A stretch of DNA of 64,000 nt from Acidobacteriota bacterium (GTDB taxonomy: Bacteria > Acidobacteriota > CAIWXX01). The notes beneath the pieces are model-generated. The model had not been told where the DNA came from and made no database searches. It saw only the letters and a program-made list of their open reading frames with translations. Position 1 is the stretch's first letter; each line of letters starts with the position of its first letter. Made by a program: the position numbers and the translations under genes. Below, piece after piece: positions 1 through 10,500 of this stretch. The stretch is from positions 122,386 to 186,385 of the forward strand of contig JBFMAF010000043.1 in the NCBI GenBank assembly GCA_040755995.1, read 5' to 3'.

Positions 1-450
1 GAGGTAGTCTTGATCCGCCAGCGAGTAGCCGCCCACGATGAGGGTCTGGAGGACAACTACGCCCCGTGCCCACCAGATAGCGCGACGATAGTTCGCAACC
101 AGTAACGCGCCCGCAGTCAAATTGGCAACGGCAAGTGCAATCACAAGGAGCTTCATGAAATCCGTGACAATCGACCCGTGACCGGGCCCCTGCAGGATCA
201 TCAGCAAGCCGAGGAGAGCAAGCACGGCGCCGCCGGCGGGGACGCCGAAATGGAGGCCCGCTGTACTGGAAGATGCCACCTCTGATTCCGTTGTGGCGGG
301 AATGGGGGGCGTCGGCAGAGGCGCCTCAGTCCCATCAATGGCTGCATTGCACCGGGGGCACCTGCCGTCCGGTCGAGCGGAATGCTTCAGAGTGCAACTA
401 GGACACTGAACCCACTCTGTCATTCCGTCTCGTGCCTGCGTGGTGTTCAT
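1..450 (-). CDS. Zinc-ribbon (CxxC..CxxC) membrane protein, 3' end runs off the window
   Basis: Translated by hand: MNTTQARDGMTEWVQCPSCTLKHSARPDGRCPRCN, a Pro-rich linker, then hydrophobic segments; open to position 1; alternative ATG at 423. Confidence 0.65.
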   Translation of the reverse strand, partial: MNTTQARDGMTEWVQCPSCTLKHSARPDGRCPRCNAAIDGTEAPLPTPPIPATTESEVASSSTAGLHFGVPAGGAVLALLGLLMILQGPGHGSIVTDFMKLLVIALAVANLTAGALLVANYRRAIWWARGVVVLQTLIVGGYSLADQDYL

Positions 451-481
451 TGACCGATCGGCCCGTGGTCCAGGGTGGTGA

Positions 482-1375
482 CTACTCGCTACCCGGTTGA
501 GCTTGGCGATCTGCGAGGAACTCATCCAGAAAGCCTCCCAGTGCCAACTGCGCCTCCGGGCTCACAGTCAAGCCGCCCGAGTTGTGATATCCCACGAGTC
601 GTGCGAACCGCTTGGGCTCGTTGGAGGCCTTGAACAGGGCTTCGCCCATCCAGAACGGGACGATGTCATCATCGGGGCTGTGGACGATCAAGACCGGGCA
701 ATGGACCTGGGACAACTTTGCGATCGAATCGTATCGAATTCGCAGCAAGAGGCTGGAGGGCAACCAAGGGTAATGATGCCGGGCCATGTCCCGCACGCTG
801 GTTAGCGTAGATTCGAGGAGAAGGGCACCAGGTGGTTGCCGGACTGCGCACTCCACCGCCACACCTCCACCAAGTGATTCGCCGTGGTAGACAATCCGGG
901 CGCGCGGGATGCCTCTCTCGCGCACAACGTGCTCGACGGCCGCTTCCATGTCGCTGTAGGTCCCCTCCTCACCGGGCTTGCCTTCGCTCGTTCCGTATCC
1001 ACGGTAGTCGAATGCCATGACCGACAGGCCCAGAGCATTGAACAACCGGAGGTGATCCAGCCGGTCTGAGATGTTGCCGCCGTTGCCATGGGCAAACACG
1101 AGCGCGACGCGGGCTTTCTCGGCCGGGACCCACCACGCCCCCAGCGCGACTCCGTCGCTCGTCTTCAGCAGAACGTCCTCGTACGCCAGCCCGACGAACT
1201 GCGGCGTGGCGCGAATCGTGGCGTCGGGAAAATAGACGAAGGATTCCTGTCTCAAGTACATGTATGCCAGCAGCCCCACGAATCCGATCAGGAGCAGCAA
1301 AGCGACGCGAAGCATCATCTTCAGGAACGCGTTCAGAACGTCACTCTCACTCGGATGTTTCGCTTCACTCATCAC
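482..1375 (-). CDS. Alpha/beta hydrolase (ABHD13/BEM46-like) with N-terminal membrane anchor
   Basis: HGNGGN oxyanion motif, DYRGYG, nucleophile elbow GESLGG, HSPDDDIVP, C-terminal His. Confidence 0.9.
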   Translation of the reverse strand: MMSEAKHPSESDVLNAFLKMMLRVALLLLIGFVGLLAYMYLRQESFVYFPDATIRATPQFVGLAYEDVLLKTSDGVALGAWWVPAEKARVALVFAHGNGGNISDRLDHLRLFNALGLSVMAFDYRGYGTSEGKPGEEGTYSDMEAAVEHVVRERGIPRARIVYHGESLGGGVAVECAVRQPPGALLLESTLTSVRDMARHHYPWLPSSLLLRIRYDSIAKLSQVHCPVLIVHSPDDDIVPFWMGEALFKASNEPKRFARLVGYHNSGGLTVSPEAQLALGGFLDEFLADRQAQPGSE

Positions 1376-1581
1376 CCTCGCAACCCGCGCTTGCGAGAAC
1401 AGAAGTTAGCACACTGCGCATATCGATCCAAGTCGCGCGGGATCGCGGCCCAGTCGGCAGGTTGCAGGCCTATGTCGCAGCGAGCTTGCGTTGGCCGCTC
1501 TCGCATGCCATCCTATCGCGATGTTCACATGAGCACGAGATCGAATCAGGCCGGCGTGCCGGGGTGAAGAGGAGCGGTAAC

Positions 1582-3048
1582 GTGGAAACAACTCTCGACA
1601 AGAGGAAGTTCGTTCCGATCGTGAGCACGATCGCGTTCGCGGCCTTCATGGTGTCGCTCGATTCCTACATCGTGAACGTATCGCTGCCGTCGATCGCGAC
1701 CTTCTTCAATGTCTCCATGAGCAGGGTGACGCTGGTCATCCTCGCCTACATGGTCTCCCTGACCAGCACGACGCTCATCTTTGGAAAGCTGACCGACCGA
1801 TTCGGGCTGAAAGCGATCTTCCTGCTCGGCTACGTCGTATTCTCCATCGGCTCTCTGCTCTGCGGGATCTCCGCGCACCTCCCCATGCTTGTCGCGTCCC
1901 GGTTCCTGCAGGGTATAGGCGGGTCGATGCTGATCATCGCAGCCTATGCCATCATTCCGCGACAGGTTCCGCACGAGATCAGGGGATGGGCCTTCGCGCG
2001 GGTCTCGGTTGTCGCGGCGTTTGGGGTCACCGTCGGGGCCCCTCTCGGCGGTCTCATCACAGGCTACCTCTCCTGGCACTGGGTCTTCCTGATCAATATC
2101 CCTATCGGCATCGCCGCCGTCATCGTCGGCCGCAGAATCCTGCCGGCGGACCGGCCGCGCGAGACCGAAGAAGCGCGGCCGCCGTTCGACATCCTCGGCG
2201 CGCTCCTCAGCTTCCTGGGGATCTTCGCGATCGTCTACGCTCTCAACAACGGCAGCGAAGAAGGATGGGCATCGCCGAAGATCGTTGCGGGCCTCGTTGT
2301 TTTCGCTGTCTCACTTCTCTCGTTCCTCGTCTGGGAAAAGCGCGCACCCGATCCGTTGCTCGCACTGAGGCTGTTCCGGAACGCGCGTTTCGACCTGATG
2401 CTGATCGCCGGCGGCCTGGCATTTATGGTCGTTGCCGGCAACAATCTTCTGCTGCCGTTCTACCTTGAAATCGACAGGGGGCTGGCTCCACAGCGCACCG
2501 GCATAGTCCTGATGCTCTATTCCATCGCCATCATGATCGTCGGTCCCAAGGCGGGGGCCGCTTCCGACCGGATCAAACCTGCGGTGCTCTGCACGATTGC
2601 GATGGGATCGGCCGGGACGGCCTTCCTCTTCTTCGCGCTCCTCCTCCCGCACCAGAGCCCATGGCCCGCGGTGATCTTCCTTGTGTGGCTGGGCGTGTCT
2701 TGTGGCCTCTTCCTCTCGCCGAACAGCAACCAGGTCATGAGCGAAGCACCTGCCGAGGACCAGGGCGCCGCATCGGGTCTCTTCAACATGGTGATGCGGC
2801 TGAGCCTCGTTCTCGGCGCCTGCATACTCGAAACCGTGTTCTCCGAAGTGGTGCCGCACGGAGCCGGGAGCCTTGCGGCGAGCGACACATCGAGCCAAAC
2901 CCTGAACCACGGGTTCGCGCTTGCCTACACCTTGGCCGCAGCGCTGTGCTTCGTTGCGATGGCCGTTTCCCTGATCACCGCGACGCGTGCCCCTGGAAGA
3001 GAGGCGACAGCAACAGCTAAAGATGGATCCAACCTGCCCGCCGGTTGA
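1582..3048 (+). CDS. MFS drug:H+ antiporter (DHA2/EmrB-QacA family)
   Basis: LDSYIVNVSLPSI, GKLTDRFG, RFLQGIGG, WHWVFLINIPIG motifs; GTG at 1582 after AAGAGGAG chosen over the track start at 1264. Confidence 0.9.
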   Translation: METTLDKRKFVPIVSTIAFAAFMVSLDSYIVNVSLPSIATFFNVSMSRVTLVILAYMVSLTSTTLIFGKLTDRFGLKAIFLLGYVVFSIGSLLCGISAHLPMLVASRFLQGIGGSMLIIAAYAIIPRQVPHEIRGWAFARVSVVAAFGVTVGAPLGGLITGYLSWHWVFLINIPIGIAAVIVGRRILPADRPRETEEARPPFDILGALLSFLGIFAIVYALNNGSEEGWASPKIVAGLVVFAVSLLSFLVWEKRAPDPLLALRLFRNARFDLMLIAGGLAFMVVAGNNLLLPFYLEIDRGLAPQRTGIVLMLYSIAIMIVGPKAGAASDRIKPAVLCTIAMGSAGTAFLFFALLLPHQSPWPAVIFLVWLGVSCGLFLSPNSNQVMSEAPAEDQGAASGLFNMVMRLSLVLGACILETVFSEVVPHGAGSLAASDTSSQTLNHGFALAYTLAAALCFVAMAVSLITATRAPGREATATAKDGSNLPAG

Positions 3049-3068
3049 TCGGGCCGGCCTCTCCTCTC

Positions 3069-3097
3069 TTGCCTTCGAGCGAACGATCCGGTAACTT
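3069..3097 (+). promoter_or_regulatory. Sigma70-type promoter, probably leaderless transcript of the HD gene
   Basis: TTGCCT(3069-74)-17 nt-TAACTT(3092-97), then 6 nt to ATG 3104; no SD. Confidence 0.55.
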
Positions 3098-3103
3098 ACT
3101 TCA

Positions 3104-3673
3104 ATGCAATACGATCGAGAAGCTGCCTGGAACTTGCTGGCGAGCTGGACCGAGTCTCATGCGCTTCGCAAGCACGCGCTCGCGGTGGAAGCCGCCATGC
3201 GCGCCCACGCCCGGCGCCTCGGCCAGGACGAGGAGGCCTACGGTGTGATCGGGCTCCTGCACGACTTCGACTACGAGCGCTGCCCCACGATGGAGACGCA
3301 CGTGCGCGAAGGCGCTCGGGTGCTCCGCGAGCAACGATGGCCCGAGGCGTGGGTGCGTGCTATCGAGGGCCACGCCGACTACACGGGCGTTCCGCGGGAT
3401 TCCGACATGGCCCGGTGCCTTTTCGCCGTCGACGAGCTCACCGGGTTCCTGACGGCCGCCGCGCTGGTTCGTCCCGACAAGATGATCGCCAACGTGCAGG
3501 TCGAGTCGGTAGTCAAGAAGATGAAAGACAAGGCCTTCGCGAGGTCCGTGAACCGCGACGATATCAGAAGAGGAGCCGAGGAGATCGGCATGCCTCTGGC
3601 CGAGCACATCGCATTTGTGCGAGACGCAATGGCTACGATTGCAGCCGATCTTGGGCTGGCCGGCCAGGGCTGA
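3104..3673 (+). CDS. HD-domain (HDIG-type) metal-dependent phosphohydrolase
   Basis: KHALAVE..GLLHDFDYE..GHA..DELTGF..KKMKDKAFA pattern. Confidence 0.88.
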   Translation: MQYDREAAWNLLASWTESHALRKHALAVEAAMRAHARRLGQDEEAYGVIGLLHDFDYERCPTMETHVREGARVLREQRWPEAWVRAIEGHADYTGVPRDSDMARCLFAVDELTGFLTAAALVRPDKMIANVQVESVVKKMKDKAFARSVNRDDIRRGAEEIGMPLAEHIAFVRDAMATIAADLGLAGQG

Positions 3674-3753
3674 CCGAGGACGGCCCTCTGTCCCAGTCCG
3701 GCGTATAGTGAGCGCGACAGCAACTCGCCAGAGCCCATCAACAGGAGAAACAC

Positions 3754-5001
3754 ATGAGTGAGCTCATCGACAACAAGGCCTATCGAATCCGCACCCTCAA
3801 GGAGATCATCAAGCATCTGCATGCCGGGCAAGCTCCGGAGCAGGTGAAGCAGCGCCTGAAGGAGCTCGTGAGGGAGACGGACTACGCGGAGATCGCGGCG
3901 ATGGAGCAGGAGCTGATGGCCGAGGGGATGCCGGCCGAAGAGGTGCGATCCATGTGCGATCTGCATTCGCAGGTCACGCGCGAGATCCTGGCGAAACCGC
4001 CCGAACGCCATATCCCGCCCGGCCACCCGATCGACACCTTCAAGATCGAGAACGAGGCGCTCCGCAAGGTGGTCGCATCGATGCGAGCCGCGGTTGCCGG
4101 GATCGGCGCGATGCCCGAAGACGCTCGCCCCGAGAAAGAGCTTCTCCCATGGCGACAGGCGCTGAACGATCTCATGGACGTCGAGAAGCATTACCAGCGC
4201 AAGGAGCTGGCCCTTTTCAGCTGCCTCGAACGACACGGCATCACCGGCCCATCGAAGGTGATGTGGAGCAAGGATGACGAGGTGCGTGGCCTGCTGAAGA
4301 GCCTCGCCGAGGCTCTCCGCGAGGAGGCGACCGCAGGCGAGTGGAAGATCGTCGCGCAGACGGTGGCCGAACCCGCTATGCAGGCGGTCGAGGAGATGAT
4401 CTACAAGGAGGAGCGCATTCTGTTCCCGCTGTCGCTCGAGACGCTCACCGAGGATGAGTGGGCGGAGATCTGGAGCGAGTCGCCGAGGTTCGGATGGTGC
4501 CTCGTGGAACCGCGCGAGGGCTACCAGCCGCCCAGGGCGGTGTCGGCCGAGAGAGTGATGCAGCTGCCGGGCGGCGAGGCTGTCATGTTCCCAACGGGCA
4601 ATCTCACGTTCGATCAGCTGCTCGCCGTCTTCTCGACCCTGCCCGTGGACCTGACCTTCGTAGACGCCGACGATCGAGTCCGGTATTTCTCCGAAGGACG
4701 CGACCGGATCTTCTCCAGGAGCAAGGCCATCATCGGACGCAAGGTCCAGCACTGCCATCCGCCGCGCAGCGTCTCGGTTGTCGACAAGATCGTCTCCGAC
4801 TTCCGTTCGGGTAAACAGGACGTGGCTGAGTTTTGGATCAACTTTCGGGGGCGCTTCGTCCACATCCGCTACTTCGCCATGCGAGACGGCAAGGGGCAGT
4901 ACGCGGGCACCCTCGAGGTCACCCAGGACGTCACGCATATAAGGGCGCTCGACGGCGAGCGGCGTCTTCTCCAGTACGATGAGCCCGAGAAGACCTCATG
5001 A
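3754..5001 (+). CDS. DUF438 / hemerythrin-like / PAS_10 domain protein
   Basis: EIAAMEQELM..MCDLHS, PPGHPIDTFKIEN, HYQRKE..EERILFP, C-terminal PAS (LPVDLTFVDADDRVRYFS..VQHCHPP); SD AGGAG. Confidence 0.85.
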   Translation: MSELIDNKAYRIRTLKEIIKHLHAGQAPEQVKQRLKELVRETDYAEIAAMEQELMAEGMPAEEVRSMCDLHSQVTREILAKPPERHIPPGHPIDTFKIENEALRKVVASMRAAVAGIGAMPEDARPEKELLPWRQALNDLMDVEKHYQRKELALFSCLERHGITGPSKVMWSKDDEVRGLLKSLAEALREEATAGEWKIVAQTVAEPAMQAVEEMIYKEERILFPLSLETLTEDEWAEIWSESPRFGWCLVEPREGYQPPRAVSAERVMQLPGGEAVMFPTGNLTFDQLLAVFSTLPVDLTFVDADDRVRYFSEGRDRIFSRSKAIIGRKVQHCHPPRSVSVVDKIVSDFRSGKQDVAEFWINFRGRFVHIRYFAMRDGKGQYAGTLEVTQDVTHIRALDGERRLLQYDEPEKTS

Positions 5002-5528
5002 GCCTCCCCATCACGCCAGAGACCAAGATCGGCGCAATGCTGGACGCCTACCCGGAGCTGGAAGACAGGCTGATCGCCTGGGTCCCCGAGTTCAAGAAGC
5101 TGAAGAACCCGGTTCTGCGCAGGACGATCGCCAAGGTCGCAACGCTCGAGCAGGCCGCGAAAGTCGCAGGGATCAGCGTCCGTGGGCTGGTAGGGATGCT
5201 GAGAGAGGCAGCCGGCCAGGAGCCCGCCCGCGAAGGACCGGACCGCGATGATGCCGGATCGCCAGCGGAAGAGCCGCCGCTGTGGCTCGACCACCAGAAA
5301 GTCACGCGGACTATCGATGCCGACGCCATAATCGCGGCGGGACAGCACCCGCTCGGCGACGTCCGCCGCGCTCTGACAGTACTCGCTCCCGGCCACATCC
5401 TTCGGCTGCGCAGCGGCTTCCGGCCCGTTCCGCTGATCGAGAGCCTCGCGCGGGAAGGCTTCGACACATTCTCGATCCGGGAACCCGGCGGGGAGTTCTC
5501 CACGTATATCAGGAAGAGCGACGGCTGA
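4998..5528 (+). CDS. DUF1858 + DUF2249-like two-domain protein
   Basis: ITPETKIGAMLDAYPELED..LKNPVLRRT..TLEQAA; C-terminal IDA..HPL..L.PG..FRPVPLIE; ATGA overlap with the upstream gene. Confidence 0.75.
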   Translation: MSLPITPETKIGAMLDAYPELEDRLIAWVPEFKKLKNPVLRRTIAKVATLEQAAKVAGISVRGLVGMLREAAGQEPAREGPDRDDAGSPAEEPPLWLDHQKVTRTIDADAIIAAGQHPLGDVRRALTVLAPGHILRLRSGFRPVPLIESLAREGFDTFSIREPGGEFSTYIRKSDG

Positions 5529-5640
5529 GCCGCGCGCAGGGAACGGATCACAACCGACACCCCCTCCCGCGGGCACGACCGGGCGCTCGCCGTCGGAACA
5601 GCCGCGGGACCGGGCATTGAGGACTGGCGAAAAAAAGTGC

Positions 5641-5697
5641 TTGACAGGGTCGGCCCGCTAGGTATACTTACCGATCGGTAGGATGGACCGGTAGGTA
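5641..5697 (+). promoter_or_regulatory. Sigma70 promoter with palindromic TetR-type operator
   Basis: TTGACA(5641-46)-16 nt-TATACT(5663-68); perfect palindrome TACCGATCGGTA (5669-80) and a related half-site ACCGGTAGGTA downstream. Confidence 0.75.
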
Positions 5698-5711
5698 GAC
5701 TGGAGGAACAG

Positions 5712-6341
5712 ATGAACAGAGAGCAGGCCGGCGGGACGGCCCTCGGGCCGGGGGCGCGGGAGCGGCTGCTTGCGTGCGCCCTGGAGCTTTTTGCCCGAAA
5801 GGGGTACGCGGCCACAACCGTGCGGGAGATCGTCCAGGCGGCAAACGTGGCCAAGCCTGTGCTGTACTACTACTTCCGAAACAAAGAGGGCATCTACATC
5901 GAGCTGATGCGGAGCGCCTTTGTGAAGTTCGAGGCGGTTGTCGACGAATCCACGCAGGAGCCGGCGCCGGCCGGGGACCGCATCCTGCGCCTCTGCGACA
6001 GGGTGTTCGCCCTGTTCCTGGAGAACGTGGAGCTGGCTCGCGTGATGAACTCGGTCTACTACGGGCCGCCCCAGGGGGCGCCCTTCTTTGACTTCGAGGT
6101 GTACCACAGGAAATTCCAGGATGCGACCACCGCGTTGGTCTCCCAGGGGATGAGGTCGGGCGAGTTTCGCAAGGGCAGTGTCGATGACGCGGCACTGGCC
6201 ATCATCGGAGCGTTAAATATCGCCATGGAGATGCGGCTGTGCCATCCCGAGGTCGAGCTGGGCCGGCGCGGACTGGCGCGAATTCTGAGAGTGATCTTCG
6301 AGGGCGTCCGAAGGCGGGAACGGAAAGGAGCACGACGATGA
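5712..6341 (+). CDS. TetR/AcrR family transcriptional regulator
   Basis: RERLLACALELFARKGYAATTVREIVQAANVAKPVLYYYFRNKEGIY HTH; SD GGAGGA. Confidence 0.93.
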   Translation: MNREQAGGTALGPGARERLLACALELFARKGYAATTVREIVQAANVAKPVLYYYFRNKEGIYIELMRSAFVKFEAVVDESTQEPAPAGDRILRLCDRVFALFLENVELARVMNSVYYGPPQGAPFFDFEVYHRKFQDATTALVSQGMRSGEFRKGSVDDAALAIIGALNIAMEMRLCHPEVELGRRGLARILRVIFEGVRRRERKGARR

Positions 6342-7540
6342 GCGCATGTGGCGTGTGCAATGCCGACAAAATGAGAACAGGACGCAAGCTGATCGGGCTG
6401 GCGGTGCTGCTGGCTGCCGGCGCAGGCCTTTGGAGCTGCGGCAACAAGGCGGATGCGGAGAAGAACGGCGGGCTCTCGGCGACCCGGCCGGCCGTAGCCG
6501 TCGACCTGCTGCGACTGAGCCCCACGGCGCTCAGTGAGGGGGTCGACGTCGTCGGAAATCTCACACCGAAGTTCCAGGCGGAAGTGAAGACCGAGTACAC
6601 GGGCATCGTCGTGGATGTGTACGTGACGGAATGGGTGCGCGTGCGCAAGGGCGACGAGCTGGCGAAGCTCGACACGCGCGAAGCCGACCTGATCCTGCAG
6701 AAGGCCCAGGCCGCCGCCGAGGTCGCGCAGGCCAGTCTGCTGGAGGCCGAGGTGGCGCGGACCCGCGCCGACCGCGAATACGATCGCGCTGAGAAGCTCA
6801 AGGAGGTCGGGCTGATGACTCAGCAGGGCCTCGATGAGGCGCGCAGCGTTCGCGACGCCGCCGTGGCCCGCGTGAATGCGGCCCGGGCGCAGTCGAATGC
6901 GGCGGAAGAGGACGTGAAGCACGCCCGAACCAGGCTTGACAAGGCCGTCATCCGAGCCCCGATGGACGGTGTCGTGGCGCTGCGAGATGTCAACGTCGGC
7001 GATCTCGTCGAGAACATGGGATCGCCGAAGCCCATGTTCCGCATCGTCGACAACCGGCTGCTGGATCTGACGGTGACAGTGCCGTCGAAGGACATCGCCG
7101 GCGTCCGGGTGGGCCAGAGGCTCGTATTCTCCACGGATGCCCTGCCGGGCAAGGAGTTTGAAGGCAAGGTCATGTTCATCAACCCGGCGGTCGACGAGAC
7201 CGACCGATCGGTGAAGATCGTGGCGCAGGTCAACAATGTGCCCGAGCTGCTCAGAGGAGGCCTGTTCGTGAAGGGGCGCATCGTCGCCCGCGAGCGGCCG
7301 GACGTCCTGCAGGTGCCGCGCACCGCGCTGCTAGGATGGGACGTCACCGCGAAGACCGGGCAGGTCTACGTGGTCCAGGGAGACGTCGCGCACCGGCGGA
7401 CGGTCGAGACCGGGAGTGCCTCTGGGGACCGAGTCGAGGTCACACGGGGCTTGAAGGCGGGCGATGTGCTGGTGGTCCGCGGCGGGTTCAACCTGCGGGA
7501 CGGCGACACGGTGAAGGTAGCCGGCCGGATCGGAGGTTGA
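6338..7540 (+). CDS. RND efflux periplasmic adaptor (MFP)
   Basis: Lipobox-like LWSC, VRKGDELAKLD, IRAPMDGVV, coiled hairpin; ATG 6338 overlaps the TetR stop (alternative ATG 6371). Confidence 0.9.
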   Translation: MSACGVCNADKMRTGRKLIGLAVLLAAGAGLWSCGNKADAEKNGGLSATRPAVAVDLLRLSPTALSEGVDVVGNLTPKFQAEVKTEYTGIVVDVYVTEWVRVRKGDELAKLDTREADLILQKAQAAAEVAQASLLEAEVARTRADREYDRAEKLKEVGLMTQQGLDEARSVRDAAVARVNAARAQSNAAEEDVKHARTRLDKAVIRAPMDGVVALRDVNVGDLVENMGSPKPMFRIVDNRLLDLTVTVPSKDIAGVRVGQRLVFSTDALPGKEFEGKVMFINPAVDETDRSVKIVAQVNNVPELLRGGLFVKGRIVARERPDVLQVPRTALLGWDVTAKTGQVYVVQGDVAHRRTVETGSASGDRVEVTRGLKAGDVLVVRGGFNLRDGDTVKVAGRIGG

Positions 7541-7544
7541 GGCG

Positions 7545-10500
7545 ATGTTTCTTTCGAACCTGTCGATCAAGCGTCCCGTCTTCGCCACCGTGCTGATGCT
7601 GGCCCTCGTGACTCTGGGCATCTTCTCCTACCGGCGGCTGGCGATAGACATGTTCCCGGACGTCGAGATCCCGTACATCCAGATTGTCACGATCTTCCCG
7701 GGCGCCTCTCCGGAGTCCGTGGAACGCGAGGTGACGAAGCGGATAGAGGAGGCCGTCAACCCGATCTCCGGCGTAAAGCACGTCATGTCGAGCTCGCGCG
7801 AGGGGGTCTCCAGCGTTTGGGTGCAATTCCAGCTCGAGATCAAGGTCAACGATGCCGCGCAGGACGTGAAGAGCAAGATCAACACCATCCGCGGCGATCT
7901 GCCTCTCCTCATCGAGGAGCCGATCATCAACAAGGTGGACATCGCGGGGATGCCTATCGTGTCGCTGGCCGTGAGATCGACCAACCTGTCGGCGAGGGAG
8001 ATTACTACTCTTGTCGAAAAGAAGGTGAAGCGCCGCCTGGAGAACCTGCCGGGTGTGGGCAAGGTGGACCTGGTGGGCACGTCAAAGCGCGAGGTCAATG
8101 TCAACATCGACCCGGTCCGCCTTCAGGCCCTCGGCATGGGTGTCGACGAGGTGATCGCGGGGCTGCAATCGGAGAACGTGAACACACCGCTCGGGCGGCT
8201 CACGCGCGAGGGCACGGAATACCCCTTGCGGGTATCCGGAAAGCCGGCCATGGTCGACGAGTTTCACGCAATGGTGGTCTCGGAGCGCAACGGCCGCCCG
8301 GTCATGCTCGGAGAGGTGGCCGAGGTGGTGGACGGCATCGAGGAGCAGAGGTCGCTCGCCCTGGTCAACGGCGTCCCGGCGGTCGGGATCGATATCCTGA
8401 AACAGTCGAAGGCCAACACGGTCGGCGTCGCCGACGCCGTGAAGGAGGAGGTCGGGAAGCTGCAAGAGGAGCTCCCGGCGGGAACCAACATCGAAATCGT
8501 CCGTGACGCCTCGATCTGGATCCGGGACTCGGTTGCCGACATTCAGGAGACGCTGATCCTTGGCGGCATCCTGACGATCCTCATCGTCTTCTGCTTCCTG
8601 AATTCCTGGCGATCGACGGTGATCACCGGCCTCACGCTTCCGATCTCGGTCATCTCGTCGTTCATCATCATGAACTTCGCCGGAATGACGATCAACGTGA
8701 TGACGCTCATGGCGCTGTCTCTCGCCATCGGCCTCCTTATCGACGATGCCATCGTTGTGCGGGAAAACATCGTGCGGCACCTGGAGCGCGGGGAGGACCA
8801 CTTCAAGGCGGCGCGCGAGGGCACGAGCGAGATCGGCCTGGCCGTTCTGGCCACGACGTTTTCCATCATCGCGGTGTTCGTTCCTGTCGCTTACATGAAG
8901 GGCATCGTCGGCCGGTTCTTCTTCCAGTTCGGGTTCACGGTGGCCTTCGCGGTGCTCGTGTCGCTTTTCGTCTCGTTCACGCTCGACCCGATGCTCTCAT
9001 CGCGCTGGTACGACCCGGACATCGAGCGCAAGGGGAAGCGCCACATCATTGCCCGCATCCTGGATCGATTCAACGGCTGGTTTGACAGCACCGCCGACCG
9101 GTATAAGTTGCTGATCGCCTGGGCGCTCGACCATCGCCGGGCGGTGCTCCTGATGGCGACGATCGCCTTCCTGGCCGGGGTGGGCGTGTTCTTCTCGCTC
9201 GAGACGACCTTCTTCGAGCTGGTCGACGCTGCGGAGTTCGACATATGGTTCACATCGGCACCCGACGCCTCCCTCGGGGAAACCCGGGGGCGCATGGAGA
9301 CGGTGCTGAAGAACGTCGGCCAACTGCCCGAGGTCGAGTTGACCTACGCCACCATCGGGGCCGGCGACACCGGCACGGTGCGCGATGCGAGAGTATACGT
9401 GAGACTTGTCGACCGGAACGAGCGGAAGCGCCGCCAAGAGGCGGTTCAGCGGGACGTCCGGGAACGGCTTATGAAGATCCCTGGTATCCGCGCGTCAATC
9501 GTCGAGGCCGGCCGGATGGATCAGATGAAGCCGCTTCAGGTGAACGTGCGCGGTGAGGATCTGGGCCTGTTGAAGCTGTATGGCACGCAGCTCAAGGACG
9601 AGATCTATCGAATATCCGGCATCGTGGACCTGGACATGACTCTGGAACAGGACATTCCAGAGTTCAGGCTGACGGTGGATCGGGAGCGGGCGCAGGACGC
9701 CGGCGTCATGACGTCCGACATCGTGCGCACCGTGGGCGCGCTCATCGGCGGGCAAGCGGTCACGACGTACGAGGACGAAGACGGCGACGCCGTGGACGTC
9801 CGGGTCCGCCTGCCTGAGGCGTTGAGGCAGAGCCCCGAGCAGGTCACGAACCTGCGGATCGCCGTGAATCGATTCGACGAGCCTCCGGCGCTGATCCCAC
9901 TGCTCGATCTGGTCTCGTACCAGATGGCCGCCACACCCTCCGAGATCAACCGGCAGGACCTCAGCCGGCAGGTGGTCATCTCCGCATGTCTCGACGGTTT
10001 GCCCACCGGGACTGCGGACGCCAAGGTGCAGCAGGCCGCATCGCGCCTGAAGATGGCGCCTGGGTACCGGGTGGTGCTCTCGGGCGAGACGGAAGACATG
10101 AAAGAGTCATTCGAATACATGGCCGAGGCGTTGCTGATGGCGATCATCTTCGTCTACCTCATACTGGCCGCGCAGTTCGAGTCGTTCATCGACCCGCTCG
10201 TCATCATGCTCTCGCTGCCGCTCTCGATCGTCGGCATGGCCGTGCTGCTGCTGTTCACCGGCGACACCATCAACATCATGTCGCTCATAGGGCTGATCAT
10301 GCTGATGGGATTGGTGACAAAGAACGCCATCCTGCTAGTGGACTACACCAAGGTGCTGCGCGGCCGTGGAATGGAACGGCGCGAGGCGATCATCACCGCC
10401 GGGCGCACGCGGTTGCGCCCGATCATGATGACCACCCTCGCGATGATCTTCGGCATGCTGCCCGTAGCGCTTGCGATAGGGAGCGGAGCCGAGATGCGGG

